Shown here piece after piece: positions 34,852 to 46,031 of a DNA stretch of 61,886 nucleotides (position 1 is the first letter of the stretch; every line of letters starts with the position of its first letter). Below the pieces are notes generated by a model. It was not told where the DNA came from and did not search any database. It saw only the letters and a program-made list of their open reading frames with translations. The DNA is from a virus (taxonomy: Duplodnaviria; Caudoviricetes). Made by a program: the position numbers and the translations under genes. The stretch is taken from the IMG/VR virus record IMGVR_UViG_3300025879_000023, positions 1 to 61,886 of that record, one strand, 5' to 3'.

Positions 34852-37800
34852 ATGGCAATAATATATAGCTACGAACAGGAGGCAAATCCTCATTTTTCGG
34901 ATTTATTACTAGGTACAGATGTAAGTGCGGTTGGGAAACCCACTAAATCTTTTTCTATACAAAGCATTGTTGACTTAGTGCAGTCGGTTATACCAGGCGG
35001 TGGGACTGTTACAAGTGTTGCAACTAATGACACTAGTTTTATTTCAATGGGTGGCGGCCCAATTTTAACTTCGGGTACACTTACTGCTTCGCTTTCTGCT
35101 ACAGGTGTTCCATCTGTAAATACTTTCCTAAGAGGCGACAATACTTGGTCAACAATACCTGCATCGCCAAATACATTATATACTTTAAGCAGTAGTTTAG
35201 TTGGGACTAATGTTAATATTGACTTAAACGGAACAGATAGCACAAAAACAGTTGTTTCTTTAGCTGCTGGCCCAAATATAAGTTTAACAGACAATGGATC
35301 TAACCGTATTACTATAGGGGTAACTAATTTACCAGCCGGTACTGTTACTAGTGTAACAACAGGTAAAGGATTGGAAATACAGTCTGGAACTGCGACTAAA
35401 GATCCTAAGCTAGCCATTGATATTACAGGTAGTAATAACTACATAAAAGTATCAGAAGATCAAACTACAGCATTTGCTGAAGATGTTATCGCTTTTAATC
35501 AAAACTCTTCTACAAATATAAAAACCACTAAGTTGGGTGAAATTACACCGACTTCTTTAACGTTAATCAAAAACTATATAGACGCAGGTGACGCTGGAGA
35601 TATTACAAATACTACAGACAATTATGAAACCACAGCTTCTGTTAAAAATGTAGTAACATTAACATCGGCGGAATATACGGCATTGGCGCAAAAAGACGCT
35701 AATACAATGTATATTATTGCTGGTGCTCAGCCTACGTATACTACAACATTGGCTTTTACTAATAATATAGTAGGTACTGAATATACAATAGTTGGTGATC
35801 AAGCTGGTTTAGAAAAAACCGGACCTGTAAATGCCTCTTATGCTTATAATACCACTGTTTCTCCAAACGAGGGATATTACTTCTCTGTACCGGCTTCAAT
35901 AACAAATGCCAGTGGTTTATTTACTGCTGATGAAACGGTTAATACAATATTGTCAGGTACTGTATCTGCAATAGCTGATCCAGGTGTTACAGCTACACTT
36001 GCTCTTCAAGTAGCCCCAAGTATGGGCGTTGAGGGCGTTGAATACACTTTAGACGGAAACGTCTCGGGTAATACGGTTACAGGTTCATCTCCATTAGATT
36101 ATAGTTTTAATACTATAGTTAATGTAACCCCTGGATATACAGCTACAACACCGGTTGTGGTAGATAACGCATCGTCAACAAGAGACGGGCAATTAAACGC
36201 TAACGAAACAGTTATAACTTATATAACGGGCGCTATTGAAAAAGATCCTGGTGCTGAGGTAACAGTTACAGCTGATATAATAGAAAACTTTACCGGGGAA
36301 TATCCAAATGAAGCTACTATAGTTGTTACACCTTTATCATTTTCTGGCGACTCTCCTGTATTTTATGACTTTAATGTTTCTGTTGTTGCAAATGAAGGCT
36401 ACTATTTTGTTGAGCCACCTGTTATTACTGGTGATTTAACTGGTACATCAGAAGTTACTAGGGATGCTGTTATAAATGTTTCCGGTCAAATAGAAAAAGT
36501 AAGTAACACTGCTATTGTTAATTTAGAAATAACAAATACAATTGATGGGCCTTCAAATGGTTATACAGTTACTACTGTTCCGTCTTCATTACAACTAATA
36601 GGTGAAATACCTTTCCCTTATGCTTTTAATACTACTGTAACATTAAACGAAGGTTTTGAATGGATCTCAGGTGTTGCGCCTACAATTGAAAATGCTACAG
36701 GTACATCTAATACTGTAGGCGAGCAGACAGTTACAACAACAATATCAAATGCTCAAGTTGCAGAAACAACGCAGTTAGTAGAAGCTACATTAAATGTTGA
36801 CTATGTTATAACAGGTGACGCGGTATGGTCACCAGCAGGTGATCCTTTCGGAACAATACAAAGTGGTTTACCTCCTTTTCAATATAACTGGAACAATACA
36901 ACCGAATTCCCTAATAGAAAACCAACAGTTGTTATAGATGAGCCAAACTATGGTTTCTCTGTGACTCCATATACGGTACCATCGAGCATTGCGGATCAAA
37001 TAGTAGAAGACACAACAGTTAATGTTACGGTATATGCTACTATTGTGCCTATCGTTGAAACAGGAAGTGTTACTTTAGATGTACAAAACAATATAACACC
37101 TAGTGGGACTACAAGTGTTACTGTTACTAAATACTTAAATGGTGTTTTAGATGAATCAGCTGGAAATACTATAGAAGGAGAAGTTGGTGATACATATTCA
37201 TTTACTACAACAGCGGTTGCTATTGCGCCGAGCGAAATATCTAACGGTCCATTCTACTCAGAAGGTAATCCAGTCAGTGGAATTATAGGTTCTGGAAATA
37301 TTACTAGAACGCAAACTATAACTGGAGAAACTACAACAACATCTACACCAGTGGTAACTACTGCTACGGGTAGAACATGGAAAGCAATGAACGAAGGCGC
37401 TACAAGAGTTGCTCTTAGTTCAACCGACGACCAAGCTAGAGGATATTTTTACCAATGGGGTAGATTAACAGATGGGCACCAGTTAAAAAATTCTGATGCT
37501 GTTACTCAAACATCTGATTCAGACGACCCTGGATCAAGTGATTTTTTCAGGCAATTTTCAGAGCCTGTTGATTGGAGAATTCCTCAAAATAATGCTTTGT
37601 GGCAAGGAGTTAGTGGAGTTAATAATCCTGGAACAGACGGATTTAGATTACCAACGCAAGCAGAGTGGGAGGCTGAGGTGGCAACGTGGGATACGCCAGA
37701 CGCCGAAGGCGCTTTTAGGTCTCCTTTAAGGCTACCTATTAATGGGCTTAGGCAAGCAAGCGGAGGTGGATATGTGCTACAAGGAACCGCTGCACTATAT

Positions 37801-37980
37801 TGGACTAGTGACACTGACGGAACTAAATCTATAGCTATGAATGCTGGTGGTACATATTCCACAACAAACCCTTCTTCTACCGCCTATTACCCATATAGTA
37901 GAGCTATAGGTACAGGCGTAAGGTTAATACTCGATGAGGCTTACGATCCAAATTATTCTGGTTATACTCCGCTAATCTAA
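34852..37980 (+). CDS. Tail fibre/adhesin with about 6 Ig-like repeats and C-terminal Fibrobacter-major-paralog (C-type-lectin-fold) domain
   Basis: LRGDNTW motif, Y.FN..V..NEGY.F repeats, and G.YQWGR..DGHQ...GFRLPT.AEW...YWTS...G..VR. Confidence 0.75.
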   Translation: MAIIYSYEQEANPHFSDLLLGTDVSAVGKPTKSFSIQSIVDLVQSVIPGGGTVTSVATNDTSFISMGGGPILTSGTLTASLSATGVPSVNTFLRGDNTWSTIPASPNTLYTLSSSLVGTNVNIDLNGTDSTKTVVSLAAGPNISLTDNGSNRITIGVTNLPAGTVTSVTTGKGLEIQSGTATKDPKLAIDITGSNNYIKVSEDQTTAFAEDVIAFNQNSSTNIKTTKLGEITPTSLTLIKNYIDAGDAGDITNTTDNYETTASVKNVVTLTSAEYTALAQKDANTMYIIAGAQPTYTTTLAFTNNIVGTEYTIVGDQAGLEKTGPVNASYAYNTTVSPNEGYYFSVPASITNASGLFTADETVNTILSGTVSAIADPGVTATLALQVAPSMGVEGVEYTLDGNVSGNTVTGSSPLDYSFNTIVNVTPGYTATTPVVVDNASSTRDGQLNANETVITYITGAIEKDPGAEVTVTADIIENFTGEYPNEATIVVTPLSFSGDSPVFYDFNVSVVANEGYYFVEPPVITGDLTGTSEVTRDAVINVSGQIEKVSNTAIVNLEITNTIDGPSNGYTVTTVPSSLQLIGEIPFPYAFNTTVTLNEGFEWISGVAPTIENATGTSNTVGEQTVTTTISNAQVAETTQLVEATLNVDYVITGDAVWSPAGDPFGTIQSGLPPFQYNWNNTTEFPNRKPTVVIDEPNYGFSVTPYTVPSSIADQIVEDTTVNVTVYATIVPIVETGSVTLDVQNNITPSGTTSVTVTKYLNGVLDESAGNTIEGEVGDTYSFTTTAVAIAPSEISNGPFYSEGNPVSGIIGSGNITRTQTITGETTTTSTPVVTTATGRTWKAMNEGATRVALSSTDDQARGYFYQWGRLTDGHQLKNSDAVTQTSDSDDPGSSDFFRQFSEPVDWRIPQNNALWQGVSGVNNPGTDGFRLPTQAEWEAEVATWDTPDAEGAFRSPLRLPINGLRQASGGGYVLQGTAALYWTSDTDGTKSIAMNAGGTYSTTNPSSTAYYPYSRAIGTGVRLILDEAYDPNYSGYTPLI

Positions 37981-38014
37981 ATTATTTACTAAGTAATAAA
38001 AACAAAAAAACTAA

Positions 38015-39928
38015 ATGGCAATAATATACAGTTATCCACAGGTAAAACCTAAAACTACAGATTTATTAGTAGGTACAGTGGTTTATCAATCAGATGAAGC
38101 CAACCCGGTAGACGGCAACCCCACTAGGACTTTTAGCCTTAGAGATGTAGGTGAATTACTTTCTTCTTATAAATTATCAAGTAAAGCCCTTGGCCCAAAT
38201 GCCACTATAATTTTATCTGATGACTTTGATCATATTAGTGCTGTTAATTTAATTAGAGGCAGCGGTATATCAATAAGTGATAATGGATCAAATAATATTA
38301 CTTTAAGTAATACAGGCGTTTTATCTGTAGCAGGAGCAAATACAACTTTTATAAATTCAACTCCTGTTCTTACTTCTACTGGAGCAGTTACCGTATCCTC
38401 TAGCTTATCTGCTTCAGGTGGTGCTGGAAATAGAACATATTTAAGAGGCGACAATACTTGGTCAACCCCGGTCCTTACAGTAAATACGTTTAATACGTCG
38501 TTTATAGATTTATCTCCAACATCTTCTACCAATGGAGATGTTATTGTGTCGGCTTCATTATCAGCCGCAGGTACTCCTAGCGCGTCTAGATATTTAAGAG
38601 GAGATAATACATGGTCTACTCCATTAAACTCAATAGAAGCTTCAAATACAACTTATATAGCTACAACGCTATCCACGTCTGAAACTGGTAATGTTTCTTT
38701 TTCATCTGCATTGTCTGCTACGGGAACGCCAAGTTCTTTAAACTTTTTAAGGGGCGACAATGTTTGGGCAGTACCGGCCGGGGGTGGAACTTTAACATCT
38801 ATTGTAGCGGGCAACGGTATTAGCGTTGACGACACAGATCCAGCTAATCCAGTAGTAAGCAATACTGGCGTTTTGTCAGTAAACACTAAGACTGGTGATG
38901 CTGTATTAAATACAGATGATATTAATGAAGGCACAACAAACCTTTATGATAAAGTAGTAACAATTGAAGGTGACGGCGCAACTACCGTAACAAGCAATTA
39001 CCCTAGCTTTACTATTAGTTCAACAGACACTATTGGTTTAGAAAGCGTTGTTGCTGGAGATGATATAACGGTAGATAGCACTGATCCATTAAATCCAATA
39101 ATAAATAATTCAGCGCCTGATCGAACTGTTGTACTAGAGGAGGGGCCTAATATAACAATTAGCGGTATATATCCAAGTTTTACTATTTCTGCTGCTGATG
39201 CTCCAGAATCTGCGGTTACTTCTGTAAACACTCAAACTGGCGCAGTTGTTTTGGACACAGATGACATAGCAGAGGGTTTAACTAATTTATATGACAAAAC
39301 AGTCAGCATAACAGGTAGTGGTGCTGCTGTGGTTACCGGCGATTATCCTAGTTTTAATGTTTCAGTTACACCAGGAGAAGCCGGGGCAATAGCAAAAAAC
39401 AATTTTATTAGCAATGGTGTTCAAACAGATTATCAGCTATCAGTAACACCTACCTCAGCTACTTACACAGAAGTTTTTATAAGTGGTGTTTATCAAGAAG
39501 CATCTACTTATACATTATCTTCAGATACTATAACTTTATCTACCCCGGCTGATAATGGAGATACAATAGAAGTTGTTATTTTTGATTTAGGTACTGCAGG
39601 AAGCGGAGGTGGCAGCGGAGCTGTTGATTCTGTAAATGGAGAAACTGGTGTAGTAGTTTTAGATTCTGACGATATATCCGATATTGGAAAAACAAATCAG
39701 TGGGATAAAACAGTGGTATTAACTGGTGGTGGAGCAACAACAGTAACTGGAGATTATCCTAGTTTTACTGTGTCTACCCCAATTGTTGATACGTCTAGTT
39801 TTGTATCAAATGAAGATGACACCTACGCCACTACCCCGAAAGTAACTAATATAGTAACTTTAACGCAGGCAGAATATGATTTGTTAAGCCCAGCTAATGT
39901 GAACACTATGTATTTAATAATAGGATAA
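38015..39928 (+). CDS. Tail fibre protein
   Basis: N-terminus paralogous to 34852; three LRGDN.W repeats, SVN..TG.VVL.TDDI repeats and C-terminal TLTQAEYD..NTMYLI. Confidence 0.75.
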   Translation: MAIIYSYPQVKPKTTDLLVGTVVYQSDEANPVDGNPTRTFSLRDVGELLSSYKLSSKALGPNATIILSDDFDHISAVNLIRGSGISISDNGSNNITLSNTGVLSVAGANTTFINSTPVLTSTGAVTVSSSLSASGGAGNRTYLRGDNTWSTPVLTVNTFNTSFIDLSPTSSTNGDVIVSASLSAAGTPSASRYLRGDNTWSTPLNSIEASNTTYIATTLSTSETGNVSFSSALSATGTPSSLNFLRGDNVWAVPAGGGTLTSIVAGNGISVDDTDPANPVVSNTGVLSVNTKTGDAVLNTDDINEGTTNLYDKVVTIEGDGATTVTSNYPSFTISSTDTIGLESVVAGDDITVDSTDPLNPIINNSAPDRTVVLEEGPNITISGIYPSFTISAADAPESAVTSVNTQTGAVVLDTDDIAEGLTNLYDKTVSITGSGAAVVTGDYPSFNVSVTPGEAGAIAKNNFISNGVQTDYQLSVTPTSATYTEVFISGVYQEASTYTLSSDTITLSTPADNGDTIEVVIFDLGTAGSGGGSGAVDSVNGETGVVVLDSDDISDIGKTNQWDKTVVLTGGGATTVTGDYPSFTVSTPIVDTSSFVSNEDDTYATTPKVTNIVTLTQAEYDLLSPANVNTMYLIIG

Positions 39929-40170
39929 TGGATTTTTTAATAGGATCAACGTCGCTTGCATTAGGAAAAATAAAATTAGGATCTGATAGTGTAGACAAAA
40001 TATATTTTAACAGCGATTTAATATGGCCCCCGCAAGGACCATCTGTGTTTTGCTCTATTGAGGGTACGGCATCTTCTACATATTCTTTTAGCATTTGCTC
40101 TATTGAAGGAACAGCTTCGGCATCGTATTCTTTTAGTTCGTGTGCAATAGAAGGCCAAGCAATAATATAA
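39928..40170 (+). CDS. Small tail-fibre partner protein with 15-aa CSIEG repeats
   Basis: KIKLGSDSVDKIYFNSDLIWP followed by CSIEGTAS.YSFS repeats. Confidence 0.6.
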   Translation: MDFLIGSTSLALGKIKLGSDSVDKIYFNSDLIWPPQGPSVFCSIEGTASSTYSFSICSIEGTASASYSFSSCAIEGQAII

Positions 40171-40209
40171 AATAATTAAAGCTCTTTTAATTTTAAATAA
40201 TATAAAAAA

Positions 40210-41463
40210 ATGGAAGTACAAGTCCAACTGCAAATATCTGGAAACGACATATCATCGTATGATATATATCAAGACTCAGACAATTTTGCTACTCAATTAG
40301 TTACTGCAACGTCGAATGATTTATTGACTGGGATTTCGCTAATTTGCAACGATTTAACTAAAACAATTAGAGTAATTTCTAACGGTGGTTGTGGCACGCA
40401 AAGGGACATACCTATTAATTTTAATGACACAACGCCATCGGTTACAGTGCAAGGAGATGATCTTGTGGATTTGGATTCCTACTACTCTAATATGGCTTCA
40501 GATGGAAAAGGTAATATATGTTTAGTCTCTAATGGAGGGTTTAAAATATCGGTTAACAATGGATCAAGCTTTTCTCCAATACCATCTGCTTTGTTTACGC
40601 AGGGTGAATATCGATTTGTTATACGGGATAACAACAATTTTAGAATATTAAGTAGGGATGGGCAATTGGTGAATTGTTCATATAACGGTAGCACTTGGGC
40701 AATTAATGGCCCTTATTCCATATCGCCTATAACAGATACAATTTATGATTTTTATTTTTATAATAACTTTTATTATATAAAAACAAATAAAGAGCTATTT
40801 AGGGCTCCTGCCGGCGAGAATTTTCAAAGTGTTTTAGTTTTTGAAAACACATTAAACGCGGTAGCAAATAATAGTATGGATTCATACGGAGATGTTATGG
40901 TTGTTTCTGCAAGTGGAGATGGTTTTTATAAATCAACAGATAACGGTTTAAATTGGACAAAAATATACGATGGTCCAGGTGGGTTTGCCGGAACTGTTTA
41001 TGTTGAAAGTGAAACTAAATTCATGGTTCAGCTAGCTTCTAGTATAGCATCAACAGATAATAATTGGCTTTTTACACTTAACGGGGGGGTTAACTGGGGC
41101 TCTTCTTGGCTCGAACCAGTTAGGTATGCTAAGCTTTCTGCGCCCACAAGTCCGTATTGCTATTCAACTTCTATAATTAAAGTTGGGCCAAATTATTATT
41201 ATAATACTTCACCTAATAATGTCTCTGGCGCAACCAATCTTAAATACACTTCTACTGATATTTTTTCTACATCTTTTAGCGGTACGATTTATGAAGTAAA
41301 TAATTCCGAAATGAATATTACAGCAGCATTGCCTCCTGGTCTGGGTAGATATAATAATACCGATCTACTTTATTCTAAAGGCAGTATAGTATATTCAAGG
41401 TCTACCCCGTATAATTCAGATGTATCTACGTTTTGTTTAAGAGCTGATATAGCAAATACATAA
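40210..41463 (+). CDS. BNR/Asp-box beta-propeller receptor-binding protein
   Basis: ISVNNGSSF, YKSTDNGLNW and FTLNGGVNW. Confidence 0.65.
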   Translation: MEVQVQLQISGNDISSYDIYQDSDNFATQLVTATSNDLLTGISLICNDLTKTIRVISNGGCGTQRDIPINFNDTTPSVTVQGDDLVDLDSYYSNMASDGKGNICLVSNGGFKISVNNGSSFSPIPSALFTQGEYRFVIRDNNNFRILSRDGQLVNCSYNGSTWAINGPYSISPITDTIYDFYFYNNFYYIKTNKELFRAPAGENFQSVLVFENTLNAVANNSMDSYGDVMVVSASGDGFYKSTDNGLNWTKIYDGPGGFAGTVYVESETKFMVQLASSIASTDNNWLFTLNGGVNWGSSWLEPVRYAKLSAPTSPYCYSTSIIKVGPNYYYNTSPNNVSGATNLKYTSTDIFSTSFSGTIYEVNNSEMNITAALPPGLGRYNNTDLLYSKGSIVYSRSTPYNSDVSTFCLRADIANT

Positions 41464-41514
41464 TTAAAAACCGCCAAAACCAAGTAATAATAATATATAA
41501 CTAATAAAAGATAA

Positions 41515-43935
41515 ATGGCTACAACTAAAGTATCTAAAGGACTTATAAAAGACGGTGCCGTAACTATAGAAAAGTTAAACAACGCACTAGTAGTTACAGA
41601 AGCCGAGGGTATAGTAAATAACGATAATGACATTACAGTGCCAACCTCTGCTGCTGTAAAGCAATATGTGGATGATAATGTTGTTGGCGGGCTTATTTAT
41701 CAAGGTGCTTATGATGCTTCTACAAATACCCCAGCACTTGATAGCAGAGGCACTCAAATAGCTGTTACTAAAGGCTGGACATATACAGTTACAGTAGACG
41801 GAACGTTTTATGGTGAAACCGTTAGAGTTGGTGATGTGCTTATTGCTGAAACAGATTTAGCTGCTGGGGCTGGAGCTTTAACTGATTGGACAACGGTGCA
41901 AAGTAATATTGATTTAGCTACAGCTGGAACATCAGCGACTGCTGTAAGAGGATTAGCTGGTTTTGACACAGACAACTTTACTGTTGTTGATGGATTCGTA
42001 AATTTAAAAGCAGGTGATATTATACCTTCTACCGTAGTAACAAGCATTACTGCTGGCACTGGACTTACTGGTGGGACAATAACTACAAGCGGAACAATAG
42101 CCTTAGCTGATACCGCTGTAACACCTGGAACTTATACTAATGCGAACGTAACAGTTGACCAGCAAGGTAGAATTACATTAGCATCAAATGGAGCAGCTGG
42201 CGGTGTAACTTCATTTACTGCCACTGACGGCACTTTTATAACGCTAACGCCTAATACATCACAAACTGGAGCCGCTACTCTTACGGCTAATCTATCTGCT
42301 GCTGGAACTCCTGATGCAACCACATTTTTACGTGGCGATAACCAATGGGTAACAGTTGCTGGTACAACATATGATTATTCAAGTGCTCAGTCAGGCGATA
42401 ATGTAAATTTAAATTTAATTCCTTCAACGGGAGATACAGACACGGTTACTCTTGTTGCTGGGTCAAATATTCAATTAATTAATTCTGGAAATAGCGTTAC
42501 AATAAATGCTACTTCAGAACCTATTCCAACGGTATTACCAAGTGATTTTGTTTTTATAAATGTTAAAAACGAAACTGGTAGTACAATACCATTAGGAACA
42601 GGACTTATGGCTGTAGGTACTGATGGTAATTCAGGTCATATATTAGTAGCTCCAATGGTTGCTGATGGTTCTGTTGAACCTAAATACTATATTGGGGTAT
42701 TAGAAGAAGAACTTTTAAATGGAGAATTAGGTAGAGCTGTTACTCAAGGAGAGGTTAATCAAATAAACACTAATGCTTTTCTTGATTCTGATATTTTATG
42801 GTGTGATCCAGCAAACCCTGGAGGTTTTACAGCAACTGAGCCTTCTGCACCTAATTTAAAAATTTCTACAGCAATTGTATTGAACGCTTCAACAAATGGT
42901 AAAATATTTGTAAGGGTTCAAGGCAATGAAGGATTACACGAATTGCACGATGTAGGTATATCATCTCAAACAGATAAACAAGTACTTGCTTGGAATAATA
43001 CTGCTGGTTACTGGCAAAATCAAGATAACTTATATTCTTTAACTGCTGGCACAGGATTAAATGGTGGTACTATAACTACAACTGGTACAATATCGCTAGC
43101 AGACACCACTGTAACACCGGGCGCTTATACAAATGCTAATATAACAGTTGACCAACAAGGTAGAATTACTTTAGCTTCAAGCGGTGAGTCATTTTCAAGT
43201 TCAATTGCTAAAGATGATTTTGTAGGTGATGGTACAATACAAGCATTTAATTTATCCGTAACGCCTTTTTCTACATTATTTACAAGCGTTTACATTGCTG
43301 GTGTTTACCAAGAAAAAGAAACATATTCAATAACGGATAGTACTCTTACTTTTACTACAGCTCCTCCAAACAATGCTTCTATTGAAGTTATGTCAGTTGT
43401 TGTTGCAGATATAACGCCTGGCGCTAATACAATTACAAGGAATGATTTTACTGGAACTGGTAGTCAAACTGATTATACGTTAACAGTTGCACCTTCTAGT
43501 ATTAACTTTGTGGATGTATATGTAAGTGGTACATACCAAAACAAAGATACATTTACAATTGTAGGTACAACTTTATCTTTTTCTGAAGCTCCGGCTAATA
43601 GTGATGAAATAGAGGTGATTATAATATCTAATGTGTCACTGGTTCAAAATGAACAAGTAAATTATGGCGTTAATACAATATCAACAAGTACTACAGCTGT
43701 TAAAAATAACTTGTATGTATTAACTGCTGATTTAACATTAACACTACCGGCTTCACCTGCAAACGGTGATTCAATTAAAATAAGTAACTTATCAGGAGTT
43801 GCTACTTGTATACTAGGTAGAAATGGTAGTTTAATAATGGGTGTAGCATCTGATTTAACTTTAGATACGCCTTCAGCATCATTTGAGTTAATATATTCTG
43901 GAGCAACAAAAGGTTGGGTAATAGTAGGATTATAA
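41515..43935 (+). CDS. Tail fibre protein (multimodular)
   Basis: VTPGTYTNA.VTVDQQGRIT occurs twice, F.G.G...VY..G.YQ modules, and C-terminal LTLPASP..GD.I...RNGS.IMG domain. Confidence 0.75.
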   Translation: MATTKVSKGLIKDGAVTIEKLNNALVVTEAEGIVNNDNDITVPTSAAVKQYVDDNVVGGLIYQGAYDASTNTPALDSRGTQIAVTKGWTYTVTVDGTFYGETVRVGDVLIAETDLAAGAGALTDWTTVQSNIDLATAGTSATAVRGLAGFDTDNFTVVDGFVNLKAGDIIPSTVVTSITAGTGLTGGTITTSGTIALADTAVTPGTYTNANVTVDQQGRITLASNGAAGGVTSFTATDGTFITLTPNTSQTGAATLTANLSAAGTPDATTFLRGDNQWVTVAGTTYDYSSAQSGDNVNLNLIPSTGDTDTVTLVAGSNIQLINSGNSVTINATSEPIPTVLPSDFVFINVKNETGSTIPLGTGLMAVGTDGNSGHILVAPMVADGSVEPKYYIGVLEEELLNGELGRAVTQGEVNQINTNAFLDSDILWCDPANPGGFTATEPSAPNLKISTAIVLNASTNGKIFVRVQGNEGLHELHDVGISSQTDKQVLAWNNTAGYWQNQDNLYSLTAGTGLNGGTITTTGTISLADTTVTPGAYTNANITVDQQGRITLASSGESFSSSIAKDDFVGDGTIQAFNLSVTPFSTLFTSVYIAGVYQEKETYSITDSTLTFTTAPPNNASIEVMSVVVADITPGANTITRNDFTGTGSQTDYTLTVAPSSINFVDVYVSGTYQNKDTFTIVGTTLSFSEAPANSDEIEVIIISNVSLVQNEQVNYGVNTISTSTTAVKNNLYVLTADLTLTLPASPANGDSIKISNLSGVATCILGRNGSLIMGVASDLTLDTPSASFELIYSGATKGWVIVGL

Positions 43936-43949
43936 AATAATAAAAAGAT

Positions 43950-44507
43950 ATGAGTAATTTAACAGATTTTTTTCCATCAGGAGGCGGTGGAGGTTTAACC
44001 CCTAAGTTTGAAGAGTTTAATTCCTCAGGAACATTCACTCCATCTCAAGAGCTAATAGATGCAGGAGGATATATAGAGGTGTTTTTAGTAGGTGCAGGAT
44101 CATCCTCAAACAATGCAGGAAAAGGAGGAGGAGGAGGAGAGGTGATTATTAAAAAAATGTATTTAACATCTACAAATAATTGCACTGTAACAATAGGAGC
44201 CGCAGGAGCTGTGGGAACAAGTAACTATGGGGGAAATAGTATTTTTGATGGAACCCCTGCAGGAGGAGTAAGTGTTACATCAACAGGAGGTAATCAAAAT
44301 GGACAAGTACAAATGTTAGGTGCAGGTTTTGGAGCTTTGTCATCTACTGATCACGTTGGTGGTGGTAGCGGTGTGATGGGATATGGTGCTGGTGGCGCTC
44401 ACTATTCAGCAGGAGGAGTTTTATGGGGTAAAGCAAATTCAGGTCAAGGATCTAATACTTATAATTTTGCAGGATCTGGATATTGTTTAATTAAATGGTA
44501 CGAATAA
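43950..44507 (+). CDS. Glycine-rich tail fibre tip/adhesin
   Basis: F.SSGTFTP, VGAG, GGGGGEV, VTIGAAG and GSG.C.I.W. Confidence 0.65.
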   Translation: MSNLTDFFPSGGGGGLTPKFEEFNSSGTFTPSQELIDAGGYIEVFLVGAGSSSNNAGKGGGGGEVIIKKMYLTSTNNCTVTIGAAGAVGTSNYGGNSIFDGTPAGGVSVTSTGGNQNGQVQMLGAGFGALSSTDHVGGGSGVMGYGAGGAHYSAGGVLWGKANSGQGSNTYNFAGSGYCLIKWYE

Positions 44508-44509
44508 AA

Positions 44510-44857
44510 ATGGAAAACTTAATAGCTATAATAAGACAAGGTAAAGTAGAAAATATAATAGTAGCATCTGATGATTATGCTGCAACTTTACAAGATGAAA
44601 CTGTAAACGTAACAGGTAAAGGTGTTGGGATTGGTCACACATATAAAAATGGTGTGTTTACTGCTCCTGTAAAAACTTTAGAGGAAAAAACTGCTGAAGA
44701 AAAAGGGTGGAGAGATATGGAGCTTCAAGCAAGTGATTTTATCGTGCCATTAACTGATCATCCGCAGCACGCTGCTTATATGACATACAGGCAAGAGCTA
44801 AGGGATTATCCAGCTCAAGAAGATTTTCCAAACGGTACTAGACCAGTAAAACCTTAA
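44510..44857 (+). CDS. Tail fibre assembly chaperone
   Basis: WRD.EL..SD...YRQELRDYPAQ..FP...RP..P; ATG at 44510. Confidence 0.75.
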   Translation: MENLIAIIRQGKVENIIVASDDYAATLQDETVNVTGKGVGIGHTYKNGVFTAPVKTLEEKTAEEKGWRDMELQASDFIVPLTDHPQHAAYMTYRQELRDYPAQEDFPNGTRPVKP

Positions 44858-44860
44858 TAT

Positions 44861-45565
44861 ATGGCACTAACAAGAATATCAAACGATACTTTACAAGACG
44901 CTACTATAACGCAGCCAAAGCTTGGAGCGGAATTTACAACAAGCATTGTAATGCCTACAGTTACGGGTCCTTTAGTAGATTTATATCCTGGGCAAACTAT
45001 ATTTGTAGATTTTTATTACGGAACAGGGAGCGGTTCAGGAATCGATATAAGGTTTCCTAATTATACTGACCCTAATATAATCGTAAATCAATTAGTCGGT
45101 GCGACAGTTACATTTGATGGGCCACCAGGTTCAACTATAGGTTCAATTCCTTTGGGTAGTTACATAGTTGGCTCTAATGGGGCGTCTTTTATGGGTCCTA
45201 TGGGAGATTTTCTTGTAACCATTGTATTAAACCCAACAGAGCAAACAAACACTGATAATGGACCGGTTTATGGCCCAACTGCAACTTTACTACAAGCGGC
45301 TTCTTCTCCAACCGTAGATTTTAGTTCAGCTCAGGTGTTTACAAAAACACTCACCGCAAATGAAAATATAGTTTTTACAAATTACACCACAGGTGCTGTT
45401 AAAGATTTAGTAATAACGGGTGATTTTACACTAGGATTTACTACAGGAACTGTAAATATAGCTGCTGGTGAATATGATGGCACAGTGTCTAACTTAATAC
45501 AAGTAATCTGCGTAGATGATGTTACACCGACATTTTGGGTAACAATTTCACAACCTCAAATATAA
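44861..45565 (+). CDS. Tail fibre-related structural protein
   Basis: MALTRI N-terminus; C-terminal VDFSSAQVFTKTLT...YDGTVSNLIQ domain. Confidence 0.6.
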   Translation: MALTRISNDTLQDATITQPKLGAEFTTSIVMPTVTGPLVDLYPGQTIFVDFYYGTGSGSGIDIRFPNYTDPNIIVNQLVGATVTFDGPPGSTIGSIPLGSYIVGSNGASFMGPMGDFLVTIVLNPTEQTNTDNGPVYGPTATLLQAASSPTVDFSSAQVFTKTLTANENIVFTNYTTGAVKDLVITGDFTLGFTTGTVNIAAGEYDGTVSNLIQVICVDDVTPTFWVTISQPQI

Positions 45566-45568
45566 AAT

Positions 45569-46021
45569 ATGAAAGCAATAAAAATAAACGGCGAAATAAA
45601 AACATTTGGTTCAGTTCCTAAAAACTGGACAGACAGCAATGGCACGTATTTTAATATTGGCGATGGCTACGCTATTGGTTTTAAAAATGTTATTACTCCT
45701 GAATATAATCATTTAACTGAAGAGCTTTCTGAAATTAAACTTATTGACCGCGTATATACGTACGATGTAATTGAAAAGCCGATTAAGGGAACGCTATCTG
45801 AATTAAAAGAGCAAAAAGTATCTGAATTAAAATCTATTATAGGGGGCAGACTATCACAAACAGATTGGTACGTTATAAGACAAGCAGACGCAGGAACAGA
45901 TATTCCACAAGATATTAAAGATGATAGGGCAGCGTTAAGAACCGCAAGCGATTTAATTGAAGCAGAAATAAATGCTTTAACAACTAAAAAAGCAGTTGTA
46001 TTGTTTGACATTAACCTTTAA
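45569..46021 (+). CDS. Tail fibre assembly chaperone-like protein
   Basis: L.QTDWYVIR.AD.G..IP..I...RA.LR......E..I.AL. Confidence 0.65.
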   Translation: MKAIKINGEIKTFGSVPKNWTDSNGTYFNIGDGYAIGFKNVITPEYNHLTEELSEIKLIDRVYTYDVIEKPIKGTLSELKEQKVSELKSIIGGRLSQTDWYVIRQADAGTDIPQDIKDDRAALRTASDLIEAEINALTTKKAVVLFDINL

Positions 46022-46031
46022 AATTTAAGTT

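Noticed and set aside
37370-37980. C-type-lectin-fold tip as a diversity-generating retroelement target
   Set aside because: No reverse transcriptase gene and no template repeat differing at adenines seen in the window.
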